This document shows, in pieces, positions 56,706-64,000 of a DNA stretch of 64,000 nt. Numbering within the stretch: position 1 is the first letter of the stretch; each line of letters begins with the position of its first letter. Under the pieces are notes generated by a model, which was given only the letters and a program-made list of their open reading frames with translations, did not search any database and was not told the DNA's origin. The position numbers and the translations under genes were made by a program. The DNA comes from a phage: sequence record OZ413487.1; one strand, given 5' to 3'.

Positions 56706-57467
56706 TTAAAGTTCCATAAAGTTTTCTACGGTCTCAATGAATGTTTTATCAGAGAAGGCATCAACCGCACCGTTAAACCAAACTGGGATGCCGCGATCCT
56801 CATACTGGTAAATATCACTACGTGAAATGCCATTCTCCTCTAGATGCTGTGAGTCGTATTTATTAACGATCAGTAGTTTGGTTCCCTTATTGCAGGCAGG
56901 GAATAGCTCCCAGTTAAAATTGATAACTGTGTTGGAACACCCTACAAGGATAACCATATCATTGCTTGTAAGAGAAGTCAACAGGTCATACATGTCTGTA
57001 TACTTCGGAGCTACTTCTCCGAAGAACACCACATTAGGTTTAACCCAGGTATACTTTCCTGCATCTACCTCAGAGTATCCAATGTCCTTAATGACGTCAC
57101 TTCCTTCATCGTCCTCATAGACTATTTCTGGCAAATACCCGTGAACATGTAAAATATCTTCATGTTTTACACCAGCACGCTCCAGCAAATCATCTACATT
57201 GGTGGTAAGGTTGATCACACGACCAGACCAGCGGGAATACCACTCAGCGATCCGAAGATGTGCAAGGTTAGGCTCAACACCGCCTAGAGCTACACGACGT
57301 GCATTGTAAAAGTCATGCACCTTGTAGTAGTTCTTGGCAAAGGTGTGGATGTTGCACACCTCATCGATGCTGAAATTCTCCCACATTGCAGTGCTACCAG
57401 ATCGGAAAGTGGGAATACCAGATTCAGCGCTCAAACCAGCACCGGAGATAATAATCAGTCGTCGCAT
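56706..57467 (-). CDS. Sir2-family NAD-dependent protein
   Basis: 253 aa; ISGAGLSAESGIPTFRS matches the Sir2/CobB GAGIS..SGIPxFR signature; HG catalytic pair present; no CxxC zinc ribbon seen. Confidence 0.75.
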   Translation of the reverse strand: MRRLIIISGAGLSAESGIPTFRSGSTAMWENFSIDEVCNIHTFAKNYYKVHDFYNARRVALGGVEPNLAHLRIAEWYSRWSGRVINLTTNVDDLLERAGVKHEDILHVHGYLPEIVYEDDEGSDVIKDIGYSEVDAGKYTWVKPNVVFFGEVAPKYTDMYDLLTSLTSNDMVILVGCSNTVINFNWELFPACNKGTKLLIVNKYDSQHLEENGISRSDIYQYEDRGIPVWFNGAVDAFSDKTFIETVENFMEL

Positions 57468-57475
57468 AAGTGTCC

Positions 57476-57826
57476 TCAGTAGATGTTTTGTTTAATCTCT
57501 ATTCCAAACTTTTTAAACGAGTCAGCTGCAAGCATGAATTTACGAGCCGCTGATGGGTTAGAAGTATGCACGAAAATCTTCACGTTGTCAACTACAGGGG
57601 GCTTACCAAATACAAATTTTTCCTCCAACATAGATAGGCAATCGTACCCTTCGAACACCTCTCCAAGGTCGTTGTCCATGTGCCACTCAGAAACGCGTCT
57701 GTAGAGCTTTCCCCTATCGTTAATAAAATCTATAAACTCGGAGGAATTCTTTAGCCAAATAGCGTCTGGGAGCCCATAATTTGACGGATCTCTCAAGTCA
57801 TCCAGCCACACAATCAACTTCTTCAT
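57476..57826 (-). CDS. hypothetical protein
   Basis: 116 aa; weak SD. Confidence 0.45.
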   Translation of the reverse strand: MKKLIVWLDDLRDPSNYGLPDAIWLKNSSEFIDFINDRGKLYRRVSEWHMDNDLGEVFEGYDCLSMLEEKFVFGKPPVVDNVKIFVHTSNPSAARKFMLAADSFKKFGIEIKQNIY

Positions 57827-58740
57827 TGCATATAGTTCTCGTTGTGGAAATAGTAATCAAGTATCTCACGGCGTTCCTGCTCCAGGAGGCAGTTCCACAC
57901 ATCTTCTGTGTAATTGTTACGAATGAAGTTTACCATGCCGTAAAACTCTTCGTCAACACGTTTAAAGATATCATCATCCCAAATCCTCCAAGCTTTACCC
58001 CTCATTACGGCCTTCCGTGCCAGGTAGTATGGAGACTTGATCTTCAGCTGCAGGTCATAAGGGTAGTAAGGCTTACGGATCATATACCCTTCGCCCCTTG
58101 TTTCTGCGGCTAATTCTTTTGCATAGCTGAACGGGATTTCACGCACAGTGTGAGGACGTTTTGCACCAAGGTATTTGGCAATCCCATCTAAAGCTGCTTC
58201 TGGTAGCATTATTCCAGAATCATTATATCTGCAACCTATCAAATATGCGCCATGGTCTTCTTGAACAATATGCGGATCTGAAGGGTGACAAATTTCAAAC
58301 ATGAATGTCATGTTTTCATTGCCCATAACCTTCTTGATAAGATCTAAATTACCACATTGCTCTTGGATGGTTTCCTTTGCAAGGTTACAATATGGAGAAT
58401 CAAGAGACCCGGTTGTTGAGAACAATAGGTCACCTTTATGAGATGATACCACACCAAGGAATCCGTTCTTTTTCTCTACCGCAGTCACAAGCTTATTGTC
58501 AGGCAGGTTGGTGGAGTTTTCTCCCAAGTTAAACACTTTTGTGAAGGGCCATGCCACAACATTTCCTTCATTACCTACAACAATGCCTCGACACTCCAGT
58601 AAACGAGGGGACAAATGCCATAAATTGTTGTAAAATACTTTTCTAGCATATTTATAGATCTTTAACCCAAGATCCGGGTAATATCTACTGGTTACAAGAC
58701 CTTTGTCAACTAGGTCGTCTGCATTAAAATACTTCATCAT
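57823..58740 (-). CDS. rnlA: RNA ligase (T4 RnlA/Rnl1-like)
   Basis: ECRGIVV, KVFNLGEN, AVEKKNGFLGVVS, LFSTTGSLDS align with T4 RnlA ECRGIMF, KFFNLNEN, ILTKEDGSLVSTY, LFKSKGSIKS; ATG 58740 after GAGGAA SD. Confidence 0.75.
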   Translation of the reverse strand: MMKYFNADDLVDKGLVTSRYYPDLGLKIYKYARKVFYNNLWHLSPRLLECRGIVVGNEGNVVAWPFTKVFNLGENSTNLPDNKLVTAVEKKNGFLGVVSSHKGDLLFSTTGSLDSPYCNLAKETIQEQCGNLDLIKKVMGNENMTFMFEICHPSDPHIVQEDHGAYLIGCRYNDSGIMLPEAALDGIAKYLGAKRPHTVREIPFSYAKELAAETRGEGYMIRKPYYPYDLQLKIKSPYYLARKAVMRGKAWRIWDDDIFKRVDEEFYGMVNFIRNNYTEDVWNCLLEQERREILDYYFHNENYMQ

Positions 58741-58801
58741 ACGTTCCTCATTTGTCATTTTGTCAGTCTATCCTGCCACACAAATAACCTAGTGTCAACA
58801 C

Positions 58802-58830
58802 TTGAAATTAACAAAACAGTTAGGTATACT
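58802..58830 (+). promoter_or_regulatory. sigma70-like promoter (divergent from rnlA)
   Basis: TTGAAA-N17-TATACT; track ORF start 58802 is this -35 box. Confidence 0.5.
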
Positions 58831-58858
58831 ATCGTTGAAATTAAAACGGAGTATTACT

Positions 58859-59269
58859 ATGTCTAAAATGCTATATATCGTGCGTGGTCTACCAGGGTCT
58901 GGCAAATCAACACTGGCAAATGCGCTATCTTTAGAAGGTCTGTATCCACATTTTGAGAACGACATGTTCTGGTACGACGATGATGGAAATTACAACTGGG
59001 ATGCAAGTAAAGTAACACTTGCAGCAAAATGGTGCAAAGATAACGTAGAAGATATGATGCGTATGGGATACGACCGTATCGTGGTAAGTAATACGTTTAC
59101 AAAAGAAAAATATGTGCAAGAATATATTGACATGGCGATCAGTCATGGGTATAGTTATACCGTGATCGTGGTTGAAAACCGCCATGGTAATAAAAGCATT
59201 CATGATGTTCCAGACAGGGTTGTGGATCGTATGGAACGCCAGCTTAAAAACTGCATTAAACTTAAATGA
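58859..59269 (+). CDS. polynucleotide 5'-kinase-like P-loop kinase
   Basis: 136 aa; GLPGSGKST Walker A, VVSNTFT, HDVPDRVVDRM parallel the T4 Pnk kinase domain (GCPGSGKST, ISDTNL, VPIDVLRSM). Confidence 0.6.
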   Translation: MSKMLYIVRGLPGSGKSTLANALSLEGLYPHFENDMFWYDDDGNYNWDASKVTLAAKWCKDNVEDMMRMGYDRIVVSNTFTKEKYVQEYIDMAISHGYSYTVIVVENRHGNKSIHDVPDRVVDRMERQLKNCIKLK

Positions 59270-59276
59270 GGAATGT

Positions 59277-59831
59277 ATGAAATACTTTGTAACAAGCGAC
59301 ACACACTTTCTCCACCAGCGGGTCATGGAGTTCGATTCATGTCAAAAACACAGATCTCAGTATGATCACAATCTTGACAGTATGAATGCGGGAATCATCG
59401 CCGAGTGGAACTCTGTTGTGTCACCTGCAGACACTGTGTTCCACTTGGGAGATATTGCGTGCACTAATGATAAGAATATCAACAACTTACTTCCAGATAT
59501 TCTAAATATGTTGAACGGACATATTATTCTTGTTCGTGGCAACCATGACACAAGGACGACTGTCAGAATTATGAAAGAGTTCGGTCATGAGGTTGTAGAT
59601 TATTACGAGCTTCGCCACAACAAGAATTTGATCTGTATGAGCCATTACCAATTTGCAAAGTGGAACAGAAAGCCTCACGGATCAGTCCAACTGTTCGGTC
59701 ATGCTCACGGAACCACACAACAGTTGTTTGGCAGGCAGCTTGATGTCGGTTGGGATGTGTGGGGGAGACTCTTACCATTAGAAGAGGCATACCGTATTGC
59801 AATGAGTTTTGCTATTGACAGCGGGGAGTAA
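59277..59831 (+). CDS. calcineurin-like metallophosphoesterase
   Basis: ATG 59277 after GAGGAA SD; FHLGDI, RGNHD, GHAHG metal-ligand motifs. Confidence 0.7.
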   Translation: MKYFVTSDTHFLHQRVMEFDSCQKHRSQYDHNLDSMNAGIIAEWNSVVSPADTVFHLGDIACTNDKNINNLLPDILNMLNGHIILVRGNHDTRTTVRIMKEFGHEVVDYYELRHNKNLICMSHYQFAKWNRKPHGSVQLFGHAHGTTQQLFGRQLDVGWDVWGRLLPLEEAYRIAMSFAIDSGE

Positions 59832-59878
59832 TCCCTGCTATTTTAAAGAAAATTGCCACACAAGGAGAATCAGGAGAT

Positions 59879-60229
59879 ATGAAAGATGGGGATAAGCTGC
59901 TATATCTTAAAGTCCCCCTTGAAATACTGTCTATGTCAAAAGTTTTGAATGACACAACTGGAGAGGTTGTTGTTCTTGACTTGTATGACAAGATCGTATA
60001 CTGCTACCTGCACAACTGGTATAAGCTTGGAGGAAATTCACGCTTCACACCCAGCACAAGGAAAATTGCAGCAGATGTTGGGATAAAGAAAACAAAAGCA
60101 GCAGCGTGCGTTAAAACTTTAGAGTGTGCAGGGGTGGTTGAAACATCCACACAAGGGAGAGGTAAAAGATGCACATTTTCCAAAGTTTTGCCACCAGAAG
60201 AAGTTATTCGGATGTCAACAACTGGTTAG
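59879..60229 (+). CDS. hypothetical protein (possible DNA-binding)
   Basis: 116 aa; AAGGAGA..GGAGA SD; immediately upstream of palindromic site array. Confidence 0.5.
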   Translation: MKDGDKLLYLKVPLEILSMSKVLNDTTGEVVVLDLYDKIVYCYLHNWYKLGGNSRFTPSTRKIAADVGIKKTKAAACVKTLECAGVVETSTQGRGKRCTFSKVLPPEEVIRMSTTG

Positions 60230-60299
60230 ACCAGTAAAAACTTAAATATCTGTACTATAAGGATTCGTATGTTTTATGTTCGCCATGGAACGGATACTA

Positions 60300-60386
60300 T
60301 TAACTGTCCGTGATACGGACACTACTGTCCGTCACGCGGACACATCTGCCCGTAATACGGACACTAACTGTCCGTGATACGGACAC
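60300..60386. promoter_or_regulatory. array of four phased palindromic sites GTCCG-N5-CGGAC
   Basis: Sites at 60306, 60327, 60348, 60370 (gtccgtgatacggac x2, gtccgtcacgcggac, gcccgtaatacggac), spacing 21-22 bp. Confidence 0.6.
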
Positions 60387-60889
60387 ATAAAGAATATAAC
60401 TAAAATAACTAAATAATAAAAAATAAAAGATCTAGTACTTATGGTACTAAGTACATATACTTAACTTATGTAGAATATACTAGATCCTAAGTACCATGTT
60501 TTAAATTTATTACTTACTATGGGCAGTGTCGGCCCTTCATTGGCACTCGCCTACGAGGGGCGAGATGCCGTGCCTCCTTGGTGTACACAATAACAGAAGT
60601 GCATACATGCAGGTCTGTTAACATGTGTGGGAGCGAAGCGATAGCGCAGGCCAAAGGCCGAGCACTGCTGTGGACCACCGACGAAAGCTTGCCAGCGCCG
60701 TAAGGAGTCGGTTGAGAGTCTCCCGCGCGAGCTTGGATGAAGTTTATGTGTGGAAACTGACAAGAAGGTCCCTAAATCGCTCCACAGCCATGTAAACTAT
60801 ACCAAGTAAGGCAATCGCACCAGTTTGATAGAAAAGCTCGTTACAAAGCGATACAGTGAGTTTTTCTATAACTTGAAGAGGAGGCAGCT

Positions 60890-61468
60890 ATGAGTCCACG
60901 CAAAGATGACCGTGAAAAGATTGCAAAACGTTATCAGAATGAAGAACAGATGGAGAAAACTTTCAAGTGGAAGCCAGGTTTCCAGCGTAATCATTCTAAC
61001 GCTCGTGATCGTAAGCATCCGGATAAGTGGTTAACACCGCCAAATGATGGCATGCAGGTTGGGGATGAGAAGGAGCTGTCACCTGGAAAAGATGGCAACT
61101 ACATTCGCACTAAGGAAGCAGGTCCAAAGGATGACAGCTATCTTGTAGATAAGGTTCTTGATGGTATTGATGTAGATGTTGACACTGCACGAAACCTTTT
61201 TCTTGGTTGGTATCGTACAGGGTTTTTCGACATCAAGGCTATTCGTCGTGTTTGTGATATTAAAAAGTCTGCATATGATGATGACTCTCTACATCGCACT
61301 CTGAGACAATGCTCAGAGAGATACGGTCATCCAGTTATCACTCTTGACGATATTAACGAAGTGATGTATCATGCAGAGGTTGTTGCAGGTAGATTCGGTG
61401 ATGCATATCTCGGTATTCTTTCTGCAAAAGATGAGGTAATGTTAAATAAAATTTACTATGAACGCTGA
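60890..61468 (+). CDS. hypothetical protein
   Basis: 192 aa; GAAGAGGAGG SD; preceded by about 350 nt GC-rich leader. Confidence 0.55.
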   Translation: MSPRKDDREKIAKRYQNEEQMEKTFKWKPGFQRNHSNARDRKHPDKWLTPPNDGMQVGDEKELSPGKDGNYIRTKEAGPKDDSYLVDKVLDGIDVDVDTARNLFLGWYRTGFFDIKAIRRVCDIKKSAYDDDSLHRTLRQCSERYGHPVITLDDINEVMYHAEVVAGRFGDAYLGILSAKDEVMLNKIYYER

Positions 61469-61478
61469 GGAGCGCTTA

Positions 61479-61667
61479 ATGAACAACCCGGTAGCAAAGA
61501 ACTGTAATAAGTTCAACAAGTCTGCAATTCACACTGACAGGAAAAAGAGCTGGTCTCCTGACATTGACGAGGAGCTTGAGAGTTACTTTGAAGACCTGGT
61601 CACTAATGCAGATGAGGTTGCGATTAAAGAATACGCAGACAGGAAGGATAAGGCCGGAATCTGTTGA
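61479..61667 (+). CDS. hypothetical protein
   Basis: ATG 61479 after GAGGAGCG SD (track 61458). Confidence 0.4.
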   Translation: MNNPVAKNCNKFNKSAIHTDRKKSWSPDIDEELESYFEDLVTNADEVAIKEYADRKDKAGIC

Positions 61668-61743
61668 CAAAAATAGTGTTACCTGATAAGATCTGCAATA
61701 TGATGTGATGCAATTTTAACTTACGAGGTCTACAGGTAATGCT

Positions 61744-61986
61744 ATGTTTAAGGTTAAGCTCGTTTTTCGTTCCATGAATGAGGATTATTTAGAAGATGAA
61801 GGTGAATTTCGTGCACTGGATGATGCAATAGATTTTGCCAACGACTTAGCTTGTATGAATACAGGTTATGGGCTATGTTGTTGGGATGGTGGTGTTCAGA
61901 TCGGTGATAGCAAGATCTTCTACTTCTACCCTGAGCCTGATAACAAACAAATTAAGTATGTTTTATTTATTTGTGCTTTACAATGA
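61744..61986 (+). CDS. hypothetical protein
   Basis: 80 aa; promoter-like TTGACA-N17-TAAGAT at 61655. Confidence 0.45.
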   Translation: MFKVKLVFRSMNEDYLEDEGEFRALDDAIDFANDLACMNTGYGLCCWDGGVQIGDSKIFYFYPEPDNKQIKYVLFICALQ

Positions 61987-62275
61987 GGTTGTTTTCGTGT
62001 ATCATGATGAATATCCAATTTAAAGATGAATTTGATGGCTTTATCTCTGGATGCTTTGAAACAGGGTTCGGAGAAGACTGAGTTCCCCTTAGAGGGCTTG
62101 ATAGTGCACCACACTTAAAATGGTAGGGGCAGCCAGCACATGACGATGTGACCCCAGCCAACCTGTAACAAGGTCGAGCCGAAGCGCGGGTAATAGGCCT
62201 CTGGTAACCCACTTGTTGGGTCTTGCTGGCCCAGGACGCTGGACAAGTCGCAGGGAATACCACCCTGCGGCGAAC

Positions 62276-62304
62276 TTGACAATCAGTATTTGCTATGATA
62301 AAAT
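62276..62304 (+). promoter_or_regulatory. sigma70-like promoter
   Basis: TTGACA-N17-TAAAAT. Confidence 0.55.
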
Positions 62305-62332
62305 CCACCTATCACGTGATAATGGAGGAAAC

Positions 62333-62671
62333 ATGGCGGATACAACTAAAAAGCGTCGCCGTAGAGGCAGACCTCTGAAAGAGGAGTCCAACGCCATTCA
62401 GCTAGAGAAGAACATCCTTGATATGAAGGAATCTTTTATAGCGATGGTTCCAGAAGCTCACAAAGTTTTAAGAGAGCTGATGTTGGACCCGAAAACCAAA
62501 CAAAATATTCGTCAAAGCATTGCAGAGTATGTTCTTGATAAGGCAGACCGAATGCAGGAAGAATATGATGAGATGTTTGGTGAAGAGGAAGAGGTGGTAG
62601 TGGAAGAGGCTGAAAAACCAGCACCTTTTATGCCATTTACTACAGAAATACAGCCTGTTAGCAATAGCTAA
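62333..62671 (+). CDS. small DNA-binding-like protein with AT-hook motif
   Basis: ATG 62333 after GGAGGAA SD (track 62213); N-terminal KKRRRRGRP (RGRP AT-hook core), acidic C-terminus. Confidence 0.55.
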   Translation: MADTTKKRRRRGRPLKEESNAIQLEKNILDMKESFIAMVPEAHKVLRELMLDPKTKQNIRQSIAEYVLDKADRMQEEYDEMFGEEEEVVVEEAEKPAPFMPFTTEIQPVSNS

Positions 62672-62680
62672 AATATTTTC

Positions 62681-62709
62681 TTGACAAACTTTGCTTAACA
62701 GTGTAATAT
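62681..62709 (+). promoter_or_regulatory. sigma70-like promoter upstream of tRNA cluster
   Basis: TTGACA-N17-TAATAT about 60 nt before first tRNA. Confidence 0.55.
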
Positions 62710-62767
62710 TGTAAACATGGTCTCCCACCTTTTCTGGCGGCTAAGGTGTAAAAGAAAGCCACCCAGT

Positions 62768-62842
62768 GCCCTGTTAGCTTAGTGGATAAAGCAGCGGCCT
62801 TCTAAGCCGTTGACACTGGTTCGAGTCCAGTACGGGGTGCCA
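62768..62842 (+). tRNA. tRNA-Arg (anticodon TCT)
   Basis: Cloverleaf folded by hand: 7-bp acceptor (two G-U), loop CTTCTAA, T-loop TTCGAGT, encoded CCA. Confidence 0.7.
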
Positions 62843-62846
62843 AATT

Positions 62847-62933
62847 GGGGAGTTATCCCGTAGAGGTAGCGGTGTAGACTGTAAATCTATTGTCATTGCG
62901 ACTCGGGTGGTTCGACTCCACCACTCCCCACCA
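62847..62933 (+). tRNA. tRNA-Tyr (anticodon GTA), type II
   Basis: Acceptor ggggagt/actcccc, anticodon loop CTGTAAA, long variable arm, T-loop TTCGACT, CCA. Confidence 0.7.
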
Positions 62934-63047
62934 AATTTATATTTTTAGATGCATAAATAATACAGATAATGGCATTGATATTTATCGTCGTTTATACTAG
63001 TCACTAACTGCTCGAAAATCAGTGTCATTATCAGTATAATTTATAAA

Positions 63048-63138
63048 GGAGGGTAGGGAGCAATGGTGCTCAAGCGGTCTTGAAAACCGTCCCGTTGAGG
63101 ATGACTCGATGATGGTTCGATTCCATTACTCTCCGCCA
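63048..63138 (+). tRNA. tRNA-Ser (anticodon TGA), type II
   Basis: Acceptor ggagggt/actctcc, anticodon loop CTTGAAA, long variable arm, T-loop TTCGATT, CCA. Confidence 0.7.
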
Positions 63139-63236
63139 CATTGTTGACCTTGTAATTAAGCGAAAGCCGGAAGCAGAACCGGATTATCAAATGTTACAGT
63201 CGTCATCGCCGACTAGCAACATGGTCAACATGCTGA

Positions 63237-63335
63237 GCTAGGTAAGCCCTTTGGCAAGGGCGAGGATTTTTAATCCTGAAAATAGACGAGGTAGTCGTTG
63301 AATACATAGGTGGTTCGATTCCATCACCTAGCACC
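63237..63335 (+). tRNA. atypical tRNA-like element (possible tRNA-Lys TTT with long insertion, or pseudo-tRNA)
   Basis: Perfect 7-bp acceptor gctaggt/acctagc, good D-arm and T-arm (TTCGATT), but weak anticodon stem and about 30-nt insert before T-arm; no complete CCA. Confidence 0.3.
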
Positions 63336-63340
63336 TTTTT

Positions 63341-63416
63341 GCTGATGTAGCACAATCGGTAGTGCAATTGATTTGTAATCAATAGGTTGTAGGTTCAAAT
63401 CCTGCCATCAGCACCA
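63341..63416 (+). tRNA. tRNA-Thr (anticodon TGT)
   Basis: Acceptor gctgatg/catcagc, anticodon stem attga/tcaat, loop TTTGTAA, T-loop TTCAAAT, CCA. Confidence 0.8.
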
Positions 63417-63417
63417 A

Positions 63418-63492
63418 GGCCCTGTAGCTGGAAGGTTCAAGCAAGCGACTCATAATCGCCAGACGGTGGTTCAATTCCACCCAGGGCCACCA
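63418..63492 (+). tRNA. tRNA-Met (anticodon CAT; Met vs Ile2 not distinguishable)
   Basis: Acceptor ggccctg/cagggcc, loop CTCATAA, T-loop TTCAATT, CCA. Confidence 0.75.
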
Positions 63493-63503
63493 AATAGTAA
63501 ATA

Positions 63504-63581
63504 CTCCGCGTAGCTCAGCTTGGTAGAGCGCCTGATTTGGGATCAGGAGGTCGAGTGTTCGAATCACTTCGTGGAGACCAC
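63504..63581 (+). tRNA. tRNA-Pro (anticodon TGG)
   Basis: Acceptor ctccgcg/cgtggag, D-stem gctc/gagc, anticodon stem cctga/tcagg, loop TTTGGGA, T-loop TTCGAAT, CCA. Confidence 0.75.
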
Positions 63582-63626
63582 TTTCAGTTATACTTTAAAC
63601 ATATATAAACAAAAGGAACCTTTAAA

Positions 63627-63896
63627 ATGTATACACTTAAAATTGTAGAGCGTGTAAATCCAACCCATACTGTAGATTTTCGTGACGATTTCAATCCTCT
63701 GGCTGTAAATCTTCGAGAGTCATATCATGAACTCAGCTGCGATGCAGTGGTGGTCTTTTTTGAAGACAACTCTGAAGGGGCGGTAGCTTGTGTTGTTGAT
63801 AGTGAGCAGAAGTTTTATATTTACAGAGATGTAGATGCATACTTGATGAATGAAAACGCAGTTACTGTTAGAATCATCCACCGAGTGCCTCGATAA
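63627..63896 (+). CDS. hypothetical protein
   Basis: 89 aa; AAAAGGAA SD; followed by hairpin plus T-run. Confidence 0.5.
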   Translation: MYTLKIVERVNPTHTVDFRDDFNPLAVNLRESYHELSCDAVVVFFEDNSEGAVACVVDSEQKFYIYRDVDAYLMNENAVTVRIIHRVPR

Positions 63897-63949
63897 GTAT
63901 TAGTCTCCTTTTAGTTAGTTTCGATCTATTTAGGTTACTCAATTTTAAC

Positions 63950-63986
63950 CCGCCCCGTTAGCTGTATAGCTGCGGGGTTTTTTCGT
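63950..63986 (+). terminator. rho-independent terminator
   Basis: ccccg...cgggg hairpin followed by TTTTTTCG. Confidence 0.5.
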
Positions 63987-64000
63987 TTCTGGAGCCTTAA

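Noticed and set aside
60551-60763. Minus-strand 70-aa ORF in the GC-rich leader
   Set aside because: Composition-driven (Arg/Ser/Gly-rich), no SD, antisense to the downstream gene's leader.
61926-62308. Minus-strand ORFs 61926-62114 and 61967-62308
   Set aside because: They arise from the GC-rich structured segment; no SD, arginine/proline-rich composition; the region is more likely RNA-structural or regulatory.
63379-63567. Minus-strand ORF 63379-63567
   Set aside because: Lies antisense across three well-folded tRNA genes.
1-64000. Prophage or integrative element interpretation
   Set aside because: No integrase, attachment-site repeats, repressor/Cro switch or host housekeeping genes; content is that of a virulent phage early region.

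Overview
This 64-kb window looks like the early / nucleotide-metabolism region of a large virulent tailed phage (Caudoviricetes). Consensus sigma70-type promoters (TTGACA-N16-18-TATAAT) and AGGAGG-type ribosome-binding sites (SD) suggest an enterobacterial-type host. The gene content resembles T5-like early regions, but that cannot be confirmed without a database search. No structural, terminase, integrase or rRNA genes were seen. All calls come from reading the sequence and the supplied ORF track; no searches were run, so family assignments rest on recognised motifs. Layout: (1) 1-9303, about 25 small + strand genes including an SSB-like protein and a TARG1/DarG-type macro-domain protein; (2) 9300-10300, repeat-rich non-coding DNA; (3) 10320-18107, about 20 small + strand genes each with its own promoter, punctuated by a repeated intergenic stem-loop element and bracketed by a 20-bp GC-rich inverted repeat; (4) 18150-20820, a 2.7-kb non-coding zone where transcription converges, with iteron-like repeats and a perfect 2 x 185-bp tandem duplication; (5) 20824-58740, a long - strand block with several paralogous small acidic protein families, a ribosome hibernation factor (HPF/RaiA) homolog, two orphan DNA methyltransferases, ClpP-like protease, PhoH, aerobic and anaerobic ribonucleotide reductases (nrdA, nrdB, nrdH, nrdD, nrdG), ThyX, dNMP kinase, recombination/repair nucleases, HNH endonuclease, lambda-R-type endolysin, DNA ligase, Sir2 and a T4 RnlA-like RNA ligase; (6) 58859-63900, + strand polynucleotide-kinase-like and metallophosphoesterase genes, an array of four phased palindromic sites, GC-rich structured non-coding segments, and six tRNAs plus one atypical tRNA-like element. 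The most interesting candidates are the split RNA-repair module next to the tRNA cluster, the phage HPF homolog, the Sir2 plus macro-domain pair, the cassette-like small-gene module, and the large repeat-rich non-coding zone.
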